NCBI GenBank assembly: GCA_016779935.1
Contig: JADHMQ010000008.1
Span: 2,672-66,671, forward strand
From: Flavobacteriales bacterium
GTDB lineage: Bacteria > Bacteroidota > Bacteroidia > Flavobacteriales > UBA7312
Length of the DNA: 64,000 bases
Direction: 5' to 3'
In this document: piece by piece, positions 41,619 to 51,900 of the stretch
Layout of the letters: each line of letters opens with the position of its first letter
Position numbering within the stretch: position 1 is the first letter of the stretch
Notes under the pieces: generated by a model
What the model was told of the DNA's origin: nothing
The model's input: only the letters and a program-made list of their open reading frames with translations
Database searches by the model: none
Program-made: the position numbers and the translations under genes

Positions 41619-41971
41619 GTTTAGCAATTACAGGAAAACTAGTTAAAGCATTAGACGTAGAAAGTGGCACAAGTAAAGCCGGAAAAGAATGGAAAAAACA
41701 ATCGTTTGTGATTGATACTGGTGCACAGTACAATCCAGAAGTATGTTTTAGCTTATTTGGCGAAGACAAAATCGCTATGATTGAAGGTCTTCAGCCAGGA
41801 ATGGAAATCGAAGTTTCTTTCAATCTATCTTCAAGAGAATACAACGGAAAATACTATCATAATATAGACGCATGGCGTATCAACAAAGCAGCGGCAGCTG
41901 TTGTTGAAGATATGCCTCAGGCTCCAATGAATTCTTTGGACGCTGAAGAGGATGACGACTTGCCATTCTAA
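41615..41971 (+). CDS. DUF3127 protein (predicted OB-fold, SSB-like tail)
   Basis: ITGK..SG.SKAGKEWKKQ.FVI....QY...CFSLFG.K..VSFNL.SREYNGKYY....AWRI; ends EEDDDLPF. Confidence 0.85.
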   Translation: MSLAITGKLVKALDVESGTSKAGKEWKKQSFVIDTGAQYNPEVCFSLFGEDKIAMIEGLQPGMEIEVSFNLSSREYNGKYYHNIDAWRINKAAAAVVEDMPQAPMNSLDAEEDDDLPF

Positions 41972-41974
41972 AAA

Positions 41975-43309
41975 ATGTCATCCAAACTGATACGTATTTT
42001 CAAAGCTCTATTACCCGCTCCATTTACTATTGCGGTAATACTCTCTGTAGTTACGTTTTTACTGGCTTTTTTCTTGAGTCCAAAAGAAGAAGTATCTGCA
42101 CTTCAACTACTAACGTATTGGGAGGAAGGTTTATGGAATGCCCCCTTATTAGTGTTTGCTGTACAAATGATGCTTATGTTGGTATTGGGTCATGTTTTAG
42201 CACTGAGCAATACCATCAGCAACTACATAGACAAAGCCAGTCGACTATGTACAAATACATCCACAGCAGCAGCTTTTGTAACTCTACTCACCTTAATGGT
42301 TTCTTTTTTCAATTGGGGATTAGGACTAGTATTTGGTGCTATTTTTGCTCGAAAGGTTGGCGAATACGCTTCTAAGAACAATATCCCCCTGAACTACCCC
42401 TTGATTGGTGCAGCAGGATATTCTGGATTAATGGTTTGGCACGGCGGGATTTCAGGTTCTGCTCCCATAAAAATTGCAGAGGAAGGACATTTTCTTGAAA
42501 GTCAAATGGGTGTTATATCCCAATCCGAAACAATATTTTCTTCAATGAACATTACGGTAAGTCTAGTGCTTTTAATCGTGCTACCTTTGGTTATGTATAT
42601 TCTAGGCAAAAAGGGAGAGCATAAAACTGTAGCTCTTTCAAGTCCAACAATAGAACAAAATACCACTACTATTGAAGGTGCTGAACGCCTTGACCACTCA
42701 AATGTATTGGCATATGCTTTTGGAGGAATCATTTTATTCTATTGCTTTTATAAAGCAATTCTATTGCCAGAAGACTTATCCCTAAGTTTTATCACGCCAA
42801 ATTTTATTAACCTATTCTTGTTGGGCTTAGGTATTAGTTTACACGCTAGTTTCTACAGTTTTTTGAAAGCAATTAACCAAGCTATTGGAGGCGCAAGTGG
42901 TATTCTTATTCAGTTTCCACTCTATTTTGGAATTATGGGACTGATGAACAGCTCTGGACTGGTTAGTGTATTTTCTGACTTTTTCGTGAGTATTTCAAAC
43001 TCAACCACCTTCCCTATTTTTACTTTCTTTAGTGCAGGAATTGTAAATGTATTTGTACCAAGTGGTGGCGGACAATGGGGTGTACAAGGGCCAATCATAA
43101 TCGAAGCTGCTAGTCAACTTAATGTACCTTATTGGAAATCTGTGATGGCTCTTGCCTATGGCGACCAAATCACGAATATGCTACAACCCTTCTGGGCATT
43201 ACCTCTGTTGGGAATCACAGGACTTAAAGCTAAAGAAATACTGCCTTATAGTCTACTTTTAATGTTAGCAGGAGTGGTAATTTTTATTGGTGCATTATTG
43301 ATTTTTTAG
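41975..43309 (+). CDS. atoE: Short-chain fatty acid transporter (AtoE family)
   Basis: LPAPFTIA, FAVQM, NWGLGLVFGA, YPLIGAAGY, WHGGISGSAP, IQFPLYFGIMG, FVPSGGGQW, GDQITNMLQPFWALP. Confidence 0.88.
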   Translation: MSSKLIRIFKALLPAPFTIAVILSVVTFLLAFFLSPKEEVSALQLLTYWEEGLWNAPLLVFAVQMMLMLVLGHVLALSNTISNYIDKASRLCTNTSTAAAFVTLLTLMVSFFNWGLGLVFGAIFARKVGEYASKNNIPLNYPLIGAAGYSGLMVWHGGISGSAPIKIAEEGHFLESQMGVISQSETIFSSMNITVSLVLLIVLPLVMYILGKKGEHKTVALSSPTIEQNTTTIEGAERLDHSNVLAYAFGGIILFYCFYKAILLPEDLSLSFITPNFINLFLLGLGISLHASFYSFLKAINQAIGGASGILIQFPLYFGIMGLMNSSGLVSVFSDFFVSISNSTTFPIFTFFSAGIVNVFVPSGGGQWGVQGPIIIEAASQLNVPYWKSVMALAYGDQITNMLQPFWALPLLGITGLKAKEILPYSLLLMLAGVVIFIGALLIF

Positions 43310-44355
43310 GAGCGCACATCCAAGGCGTCACGCAAAGCATTGCCAAGCAAAACAAAAGATAATACGAGCAGCATAATTGCTATCCCTGGAAATATGGCTA
43401 AATAAGCTTTGCCCATTACTATATATGCGTAGTGGTCTTTAATCATTGTTCCCCAAGAAGGCATAGGCGGTTGAGCACCAATGCCCAAAAAGCTTAGACC
43501 AGCCTCAATGAGAATTGCAGATGCAAAATTAGCCGCAGAAATTACAATAACAGCACCCATTACATTTGGTAAAATATGTTTGAAAAGAATTCGAAAGTGA
43601 CCAAACCCTAAACTTTGTGCTGCCTCAACGTATTCATTTTCTCTTACGCTCAATACTTCTCCTCGAACTATTCTAGCAACCTCTACCCACATCGTAAGGC
43701 CAACCGCAACAAACACCTGCCAAAATCCTTTTCCTAAGGCTAAGGAAATGGCTATTACCATTAATAATGTAGGTATTGACCATACAACATTCACAAGCCA
43801 CATTATAGCAGCATCTACTCTACCTCTATAATATCCGGCTAATGCTCCTAATAAAATGCCAATCAATAGAGAGATAAAAACCGAAATAAAACCAACTGAT
43901 AAAGACACACGAGTACCACACAAAATTCGACTTAACAAATCTCGTCCAAAAGAATCTGTACCTAAAAAATAAGTGCGATTAGAAATTATGTAATCGCTTT
44001 TAGAAAACTTCTGCTCATACTGGCTATCATATTGAGTAAACCATAACACACCCTTATCCTCTCTGTAAGATGAAATGGGAATTTCTTCAAACTGAGACTC
44101 TTGTCCAAAAAGCATTTTCTCAAAAAAATTGACTTCAGCAACATCCCCTTTTGTAACTAGTATAAAATCAGTACTAAAACCAGGTTCTTTTTTAGACAAC
44201 TCAAGGTGCATTTGATTAGAATAAGGCGTAGAATCTGGAAAAATAACATAGCCTAAAAAACTTATTACTACAGCTATACCAATTATAATAAGTCCAAAAA
44301 CTCCAAGACTATTTCTCTTAAATTTTTGCCAAGCTATGTGAGTTAGACTGCTCAT
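43306..44355 (-). CDS. Peptide/nickel ABC transporter permease (OppC/DppC-like)
   Basis: LGTDSFGRDLLSR, EAA loop EYVEAAQSLG..HILPN, EAGLSFLGIG..PP.PSWG; start set at ATG 44355 (ATGA overlap with upstream stop). Confidence 0.9.
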   Translation of the reverse strand: MSSLTHIAWQKFKRNSLGVFGLIIIGIAVVISFLGYVIFPDSTPYSNQMHLELSKKEPGFSTDFILVTKGDVAEVNFFEKMLFGQESQFEEIPISSYREDKGVLWFTQYDSQYEQKFSKSDYIISNRTYFLGTDSFGRDLLSRILCGTRVSLSVGFISVFISLLIGILLGALAGYYRGRVDAAIMWLVNVVWSIPTLLMVIAISLALGKGFWQVFVAVGLTMWVEVARIVRGEVLSVRENEYVEAAQSLGFGHFRILFKHILPNVMGAVIVISAANFASAILIEAGLSFLGIGAQPPMPSWGTMIKDHYAYIVMGKAYLAIFPGIAIMLLVLSFVLLGNALRDALDVRS

Positions 44356-45413
44356 TTTTTGTACTTCCTCCCCTTCCATTTATACTGCCCAAATTGTGAT
44401 GAAATAGCCACCCAAACAATATAAAATGGGTAAACCAACTCTAATATAAAAAACACATAAAAAGGAATATCGTATTCAAAAAATCGACATAACTTTCTTA
44501 AAAACAAAAAGTCAACTACAGCCTTAAAAAGATAGAAAATTATCAAGGCTAATATTTGTTCCTTTATAAACAAAGCCACAAACGATAGATTAGCCAAAAA
44601 CACCAAAAGAGATACCCACTGGGCAGAAACATCTTTATAGGATGAAGTTTTAGACGCCCATCTTTTTCTTTGATTCAAAAACTCAGACAGTGTAGGCTTA
44701 GGCTCGGTTGATACAATCGCCTTGGAATCTTTAACAAAAGAAATTTTACCATTATTTTTCTTCACATGGTGCAATAAAAATACATCATCTCCAGAAGCAA
44801 TATCTTTTTCTGTATTAGAAAAGGCAGAAGTACGGAAGCCCATATTTGCTCCATTACACATAATTGCCTTTTGAACACCTATAGCACCTGCTCCCGAGCC
44901 AATAAGGCTCATAAACTCTAATGCTTGGAATTTCTTAAAAGCGTTATCTAGCCCATGATAGGCAACAGGTCCTGAAACCAATTGAACATCCTTTTCCGAA
45001 AATGGCGACACCATCAAACTAATCCAATCTTTAGAAAGTCTACAATCGGCATCTGTAGTTAAAATAACATCATGTTTAGCGTTATTAACACCTAATTCAA
45101 TAGCAGCTTTTTTACCACTCCCTTCAGAGCTTAGTAAAGTTATGTTCAAAGAAGAAGACTTTACTATTTCAAAAGAGTTATCCTCGGAAGAATCATCGAC
45201 AAAAATAAACTGTACCTTGTCTAAGGAGTAATTTTGATTTTCTAAGTCTGAAAGTAAAAAGGGTAAATGTTTCGCTTCATTTCTAAAAGCAACTAAAATA
45301 CTTAGCTCAATATCATTGACTGGAGAAACAGTTGGTAAGCTTGACCATCCTTTTGAATAGGATTTTATCTGAAATAAATATAACAGAAGTAATATACTGT
45401 ATAAGACTATCAT
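44352..45413 (-). CDS. Membrane-bound glycosyltransferase family 2
   Basis: VAFRNE, VDDSSED, GKKAA, TTDADC, CNGAN, ASGDD, QRKRW (QxxRW), C-terminal TMs, WKGR. Confidence 0.9.
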   Translation of the reverse strand: MIVLYSILLLLYLFQIKSYSKGWSSLPTVSPVNDIELSILVAFRNEAKHLPFLLSDLENQNYSLDKVQFIFVDDSSEDNSFEIVKSSSLNITLLSSEGSGKKAAIELGVNNAKHDVILTTDADCRLSKDWISLMVSPFSEKDVQLVSGPVAYHGLDNAFKKFQALEFMSLIGSGAGAIGVQKAIMCNGANMGFRTSAFSNTEKDIASGDDVFLLHHVKKNNGKISFVKDSKAIVSTEPKPTLSEFLNQRKRWASKTSSYKDVSAQWVSLLVFLANLSFVALFIKEQILALIIFYLFKAVVDFLFLRKLCRFFEYDIPFYVFFILELVYPFYIVWVAISSQFGQYKWKGRKYKK

Positions 45414-46381
45414 TTGCGAAAGAATTTAAGCTGATAAACGAACAAGGTTCCTATGATAGCTGGAATAACTAAATTGATAATCCAAAGAGTAAAAGCAGCA
45501 GTCATGATCCCTATTACATTTTCAGATAGAAAACCAAAGAAGTATATAGCAACAGAGCCTCTAACACCTATTTCAGTTAAAGCTATTGTTGGAATTACAG
45601 ACATACTCAAAAAGGTTAAGGCGCTCATTGTTAAGGATTCAAGAAATGTTACGTCAATATTTACAAATTTAATAAGTAAATAGAATTGAAAAGAATACAC
45701 TAAATAGCGGGAGATACTGGCTAATAAAACGATGAGTATTTCAGATGTTGAATATTTAGAAAATACAGACCAATAGTCTTCATACTTTTTTAAAACTTTC
45801 CATTTTGATAATACTCCGGACAGTTTTGATATGTTGAACAATATATAAATCAAAAACGAAATGAATAATAGACAAAGTCCAAAAACTAGAATTGAGTTAT
45901 CAAAAAAATCAGTAAATACTGGAGATGAGAAATGTAATGTAAAGTAACAAATGGCTAAAAACCCAAATAAAATCGTTGCTACAAGTTGAGAAAGGTTACC
46001 AAAAACAGTTACTAATACTGCTTTTATTCTGTCAGCATATTGCAAGCAAAAGACTCTCCCTCCAAACTCTCCAATTCTGTTGGGGGTAAACATAGAAACC
46101 GTAATTCCTAAAAAAACAGCTTTCAAAGCTAGCCAGAAGCTTACTTTTTCTAGTTTAACAATTAAAAACTGCCACTTAAGCGCATCTATTGACCAATTCA
46201 ATACCATCAAAAGCAAAACAAAAATTAAATCAGAATAACTGTCTTTATTCAGAATATAAATAAACTGCTCCTTGATTTCTAAATAACTTTCATTAGCAAA
46301 AACCTTTTGATACAAAAACCAGAAGGCTAAACCAACAACTAATAATTTAATTAATACACTGATTTTTTTGCTACTTTGCAT
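45410..46381 (-). CDS. Lysylphosphatidylglycerol-synthase TM / flippase-like membrane protein
   Basis: LNW...ALKW, FTPNRIGEFGGR, EIGVRG, LWIINL..PA; start set at ATG 46381 (MQSSKK) to avoid overlap with ruvC. Confidence 0.8.
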   Translation of the reverse strand: MQSSKKISVLIKLLVVGLAFWFLYQKVFANESYLEIKEQFIYILNKDSYSDLIFVLLLMVLNWSIDALKWQFLIVKLEKVSFWLALKAVFLGITVSMFTPNRIGEFGGRVFCLQYADRIKAVLVTVFGNLSQLVATILFGFLAICYFTLHFSSPVFTDFFDNSILVFGLCLLFISFLIYILFNISKLSGVLSKWKVLKKYEDYWSVFSKYSTSEILIVLLASISRYLVYSFQFYLLIKFVNIDVTFLESLTMSALTFLSMSVIPTIALTEIGVRGSVAIYFFGFLSENVIGIMTAAFTLWIINLVIPAIIGTLFVYQLKFFRK

Positions 46382-46400
46382 ATTCAACAATATTACAAAA

Positions 46401-46958
46401 TTGAAAAGTAAAACAGACCGAATAATTTTAGGTATTGACCCTGGCACAACGATTATGGGGTATGGACTTATTCATATCAAAGGCAATCAAATGGAAATGC
46501 TATCAATGGGTGTATTACATTTATCAAAATTAGGAAGTCATGCTGACAAGTTAAAGCGAATATTTGAACGCTCTTTAGCTTTGATTGACGAATATAATGC
46601 GGATGAAATGGCCCTGGAAGCTCCCTTCTTTGGTAAGAATGTCCAATCAATGTTAAAATTGGGTCGAGCACAAGGTGTAGCTATGGCGGCAGGATTATAC
46701 AGAAACATCCCTATTTACGAATACGCTCCTAAAAAGATAAAAATGTCCATAACTGGAAAAGGAACGGCTTCTAAAGAGCAAGTTGCAGCTATGCTTAAAA
46801 GTTTACTTAAAATCAAAGAGATGCCAAAACACTTGGATGCATCAGATGGTTTAGCAGCCGCAGTATGCCATTACTTTCAAAATGATAAAGTTAGTCAGGG
46901 AAAACCCTATTCCAATTGGTCTTCATTTCTTAAAGACAATCCGGGACGTTTAAAGTAA
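46401..46958 (+). CDS. ruvC: Crossover junction endodeoxyribonuclease RuvC
   Basis: IILGIDPG, ALEAPFF, KLGRAQG, GTASKEQV, DASDGLAAA; start set at TTG 46401. Confidence 0.95.
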   Translation: MKSKTDRIILGIDPGTTIMGYGLIHIKGNQMEMLSMGVLHLSKLGSHADKLKRIFERSLALIDEYNADEMALEAPFFGKNVQSMLKLGRAQGVAMAAGLYRNIPIYEYAPKKIKMSITGKGTASKEQVAAMLKSLLKIKEMPKHLDASDGLAAAVCHYFQNDKVSQGKPYSNWSSFLKDNPGRLK

Positions 46959-47348
46959 TACCCTTGTAGAAATTGATTGGGCTGTTTGCTCAAATTCTTC
47001 TTTAGTGAATGATAATTTTTCTCTTGAAAAATTAATGTCCTCAACACCATTAATAGGAACTAGGTGAATATGAGTGTGAGCCACCTCTAATCCAATTACA
47101 GCAACGCCTATACGCGCGCAATCAATTACTAATTTTTGAGCTTTCGCTACCTTTTGAGCAAACTTCCAAAGATTAGCATACTCATCACTTTCCATATCAA
47201 AAATATAGTCAGTTTCATGTTTTGGAATTACAAGTGTATGCCCTTTAGATAATGGGAAAATATCTAAAAAAGCTAAAAAATTATCATCCTCTGCAACTTT
47301 GTAAGCAGGAATTTCGCCACTAATTATTTTAGAAAAAATAGTAGGCAC
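46950..47348 (-). CDS. HIT family protein
   Basis: IFSKII, AFLDIFP..KGHTLVIPK, histidine triad HTHIHLVP. Confidence 0.93.
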   Translation of the reverse strand: MPTIFSKIISGEIPAYKVAEDDNFLAFLDIFPLSKGHTLVIPKHETDYIFDMESDEYANLWKFAQKVAKAQKLVIDCARIGVAVIGLEVAHTHIHLVPINGVEDINFSREKLSFTKEEFEQTAQSISTRVLL

Positions 47349-47821
47349 TACCTAGAAATATCAATAATTTCAAACTTCATTAGACCATTTGGCACTTGAA
47401 TCTCGGCAATATCACCGACTTCTTTACCTAACAAGCCTTTAGCTATAGGCGAACTAATAGAAATCTTCTTAGTCTTTAAATCCGCTTCACTTTCTGGAAC
47501 AATTTCATAAGTCATACTCATAGAGTTTACCACATTTTTAATGGTAACTTTAGACATGATTAAAACCTTTGAAGTATCTATTTGAGATTCATCAAGTATT
47601 CTTGCTTTAGAAAATTCAGATTCCATCTTAGCAATTTTGGCTTCCAAAAGTCCCTGAGCTTCTTTTGCAGCATCATATTCTGCATTTTCAGAGAGATCTC
47701 CTTTGTCCCTTGCTTCAGAAATTTGTCGAGCAATATTGCTGCGCTCGGTAGTCTTTAAATGTTCTAATTCTTTTCGAAGTTTTTCCAATCCTTCTTCTGT
47801 ATAATATACAATATCTGACAT
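47348..47821 (-). CDS. greA: Transcription elongation factor GreA
   Basis: EARDKGDLSENAEYDAAKEAQG; ISISSPIAKGLLGK. Confidence 0.96.
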   Translation of the reverse strand: MSDIVYYTEEGLEKLRKELEHLKTTERSNIARQISEARDKGDLSENAEYDAAKEAQGLLEAKIAKMESEFSKARILDESQIDTSKVLIMSKVTIKNVVNSMSMTYEIVPESEADLKTKKISISSPIAKGLLGKEVGDIAEIQVPNGLMKFEIIDISR

Positions 47822-47844
47822 AATTACATGCGTTAAAATAAGTC

Positions 47845-47872
47845 AAAAGAGAAGACCTTTATAGCCTTCTCT
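47845..47872 (-). terminator. Terminator-like hairpin closing the receptor-cargo-PorV operon
   Basis: Minus strand AGAGAAGGC-loop-GTCTTCTCT followed by TTT. Confidence 0.55.
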
Positions 47873-47900
47873 CCTTACTAAATTATAAATTTTATTTTAA

Positions 47901-48938
47901 TTATAGGTCTATGCGGACACCTATGGTATTTAATAAACCAAAGTGTTCTGATGGTCTCATTGAGAAATCAATACCAAAAGTTGTTTCACCAGATAATGGT
48001 AATTCAACCGTAAAACCTGCTGTTGGACCAGTTAAGTCTACACTACCATCAGCAATTTCATTTTCATAAACGTATCCACCTCTAATCATCACTAAATCTT
48101 TGTAAGAATACTCCAAACCAACTCTATATTGGTCATTCTTAAATGAATTAGAGGTAAATGTACCAGCAGTTGTTAATCTATGATTATCAGGCAATAACTG
48201 AAAGTCATATGCTAAACCAATATTTAATAATGAAGGCAATTCAAAAGCATCAGTTCGGTGCTCAAGAGTCATTGTATACTCTTCATCTGGAGCATTTCCT
48301 CTAAAGGATATACCGTCACCATCAAATATCATTGTTGGACCTACATTTTTAAGGGCAATACCAAATTTGATATGGTCACTATTACCAGTTACATATTGGA
48401 TACCTGCATCTAATGCAATGCCGCCTGCACTAACATCAGATGTTCCTTCTACAATAGATTTAAAAACAAAGCCTCCAAAGATACTATTTGAAAATGCTTT
48501 AGAATAAGCAAGATTAATATTAGTTGCAGATATAGAATATGTACCTAATCCGCCATCTGGTAATAATTCTGTAGTTCTAACAATATCGGCAATAGAGATA
48601 GATGTAATACCTAAAGCTAATACAGAAGTTTCGTTCAATCGTTGAGAAAAACCAAATGAGTTAATAGGAATATCGGCTAACCATGATGTTCTGGAAAAAA
48701 TTAACTCCGTTTTTTCAGTAAATGCTAAACCAGCTACGTTGCCGTAAAGTGATTCTAACCCTCTTACTGAAGCGATGTTAGCACCTCCCCAACCAGAAGA
48801 TCTAGCCCAAGGATTAATTAACAACTGACTTGCACCAGCAGAACCCACACGGTCTGGGTTACCAGCGGATAAATCTGTTGTTAAAAAACATGCAAATAGT
48901 ATAATCCCAAAATGTTTAAGCGATTGTATCATTTTCAT
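47901..48938 (-). CDS. PorV/PorQ-family (FadL-like) outer-membrane beta-barrel
   Basis: Signal peptide; N-terminal GSAGASQLLINPWARSSGWG resembles the PorV FL.I.P.AR..GMG hatch; DAGIQY, GIALKNVG, LP..LNIG, GLEYSY..L..IRGGY; ends IGVRIDL. Confidence 0.8.
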   Translation of the reverse strand: MKMIQSLKHFGIILFACFLTTDLSAGNPDRVGSAGASQLLINPWARSSGWGGANIASVRGLESLYGNVAGLAFTEKTELIFSRTSWLADIPINSFGFSQRLNETSVLALGITSISIADIVRTTELLPDGGLGTYSISATNINLAYSKAFSNSIFGGFVFKSIVEGTSDVSAGGIALDAGIQYVTGNSDHIKFGIALKNVGPTMIFDGDGISFRGNAPDEEYTMTLEHRTDAFELPSLLNIGLAYDFQLLPDNHRLTTAGTFTSNSFKNDQYRVGLEYSYKDLVMIRGGYVYENEIADGSVDLTGPTAGFTVELPLSGETTFGIDFSMRPSEHFGLLNTIGVRIDL

Positions 48939-48950
48939 ACAGTATAAATA

Positions 48951-51900
48951 TTAAAAGGTGTCTAGGTCAATTGGACGTAACACACCAAACCATTTTAAAT
49001 TCTTTTCTTTTCCTAAGCTAGGAACACTTACATTGATAATATATGCTCCACTTGAAATAGGAATGCCTTTTTGATTTTTCAAATCCCAATCAATAGTTGC
49101 CGAGCCTTCACTGTCTTTTGTAAGCTTTTTAACTAATGAACCGTCTAAACTGTAAATAGAAATTATACATTCTGCAGGCAGATTGGTTAATCTAACTCTT
49201 GAGTCTAACTGACCTCCATTTTCAACTCCTTCATAAGTAGAATAAGCATAGTATGGATTTGGAACTACATTTATTAAATCCATTACAGAATCTACTTGAC
49301 TTTCCTCAGTCAAAATTGTTGGTGCAATACCAGCGGTTGAGAAGCGATAATTAGGGTAGTTTACTTTTTTGTAGCTCACTGACATAGTCACTGGATTAGA
49401 TTGAGTACCACCACTTACCTCATCAACGTAGTAGATATCGCCAAGTGAATTAACTGCTCTCCATTCGTTATTTACTTTGACAGAGTCAGAAGCAGAAATT
49501 GAAGTGATTTCATAAGCATATAATTGGTCATAATTACTCAAGTAATCTTTAAGCTGAGTAGCTGATGTAGTAATTGTAATGTTATCCGTATTGACTGTTT
49601 CATCCACATCATTCATTTCTCTATATTCCCTTGCAACATCTATATTGATAGAAACGTCAGAAGATAATAGCTCATAGCCTTCGTTTAGTAAAGGAACAGA
49701 TACCCACATCATCTCTTGGAAGAACTGACGCTTCGTATTTACATTTGTTGTCAGAGCTGTTTTAGCTGCTTCACATTCATCGTATTTAGATGAATGAACA
49801 TAAACGAAGTGTTTCCCACCTAAGAAATAACTTCCGTTTGCCCATGTTGGCACTTGAGTTTGTACCCTTGAACTAGGGTTCCACTTCATATCGTTACCAT
49901 TATCAGAAGACAACCAAGAATCCTCAGCAAACATAATGTTCAAACGCTCTCCAGTTTCTTTGTTAATAGCGTATCCAGGGAACCATCCCATTCCTGTTCC
50001 TGTTCCGTCAGGAGCACCTTCTTTGTCTACAGATTCGGCAGCTCTAAGGTCTAACTTAGCAACACCACCCTCGGAATACAAAGGATCATCTTGTGATTCT
50101 AAGACTACACATCTAGACCACTTCGATTTGTCACTGGTGTAAACTACCTTCACACTTTGCAAAGAACGTAATCTATTACCTGTTTGAGCTATTGGGTGAT
50201 TATCCGTAAAGACAGATGTATTATCGTATCCTGGACCGTCTTTGTAGTAAGACACCAATCTGTAAGGAGCCCACGTTCCATTAACAACATCTTCAAAGAC
50301 ACCATCTGGATCACCTTCTATATCGTTAAATACATTAGTAGCAGCTGTTGAATAGGAACCGGCATGAATCCAGTTTCTACCCCATAGATAAGTATTAGTA
50401 AGAGAAGTTTCTCCATCCTCCTCATCAACATCACGAACACCAGTTAACCAAGGGTTATATTCATTAGCAAACTCAATAGATGAAGAAATAAGCCCATTGT
50501 TCTCTTCATAGCTGGCTGAATTACTTTGATAATCCCAATCAGCAGGATTTTTTTGTTCAATTTCTACAGAAAATCCAAGGTTTGAGAATAATTGCTGATT
50601 ACCAGAACTGATATTAGCATCTGCTACAAAACTTTCAGAAGTAGTAAGGTTTACCAACTCCCACTTTGATTTAGCCTCGTCTAACACTATGTGTCTAGGA
50701 TCAGACAATGAAGCGTTATACACCTCTCCATACATCTTTAAGGCGAAGTCCGATTGAGTTAAATAACGGGGGTCTATTACTTTCAAATCAACTGGACCAA
50801 AATTTGCTTGATAAGTTGGCTCATTAGTAGCATTTGAGGACGAACTCATTATCTCATTTTCTGTTTCTTCGGTTAACTGTAATTCAAATCCACCATTTCC
50901 AGCTCCATATATTTTGGTTACTTCTATACCATCACCAACCTCTGCATTCATTACAGATGTGAAAGGTTTATGAGGAATGGCTGAGTATACCTTAATATTC
51001 TTACGACCAGCTTTATAAGGTCTTTGTTGACCATCTAAAAAGGCTGGATTAGTTGGGTCGTATTCTTTATAGTTATTATAGCCGTATGCAACACCCATAA
51101 AGTAATAGGTTTGATTGTTTACTAAATCTTTATTGCCTGTAGCAAACTGGTCTTCTGTAATATGAATAGAATTTGTTATTCCTAAATCAGAGCCAGAAAC
51201 CTCTAAGGTTGGCACGTTTGCACCAATAGATACATCAAAGTTATAATTGATAAGATTTTCCACAGAATCTTTTATATCAGATTGGAAAACCAATCGTGCT
51301 AAATCAGGGTTATCTAAGTCTGTTACACTCACAGAAGCCGCACTTAATTGATACAACTGGTATCCTTGGAATCTGTAATAAGGATCCCAACTTTCACCTG
51401 GTGGAGAAATAATCAAAGGATCTAGCTCAATGTAGCTCTCTAAAAAGTTGTTTGATGTTGGTCCATTAGATAAATTAAGAACTAACTCTCTATCAAGCTC
51501 TACAATCTCGATATCTGGAGCGTCAGGACCATTCAATACTTTAAAGCAGTTATCAAATAATGCTTGTGCTTTATCATCTGCAAGTCTAATTAACTCAACT
51601 GATGCTAAATTATCCCCCGATGTTGCTCTTGCCCATACAACACCCGTTGTAATTCTATTTACTGCTCCTGGCTCAAGCGTAAAAGGACCGGCAGATTGAA
51701 CAAATCGTCTATCAGCAGGCGTGTTACCTTCAGTTTTCTCTGTCCATCCATCTGGATCATCCCAAGAGTCTGAAGTGATAAGACCATCCGTACCCCATCC
51801 ATAAGGATCGGTATCACCAGGGAACATAAACTTTGCTGGAGTAGAACCATTTACACCATCACCACCATAGGTAATTTCAAGACCATTTTTCCATTTACCA

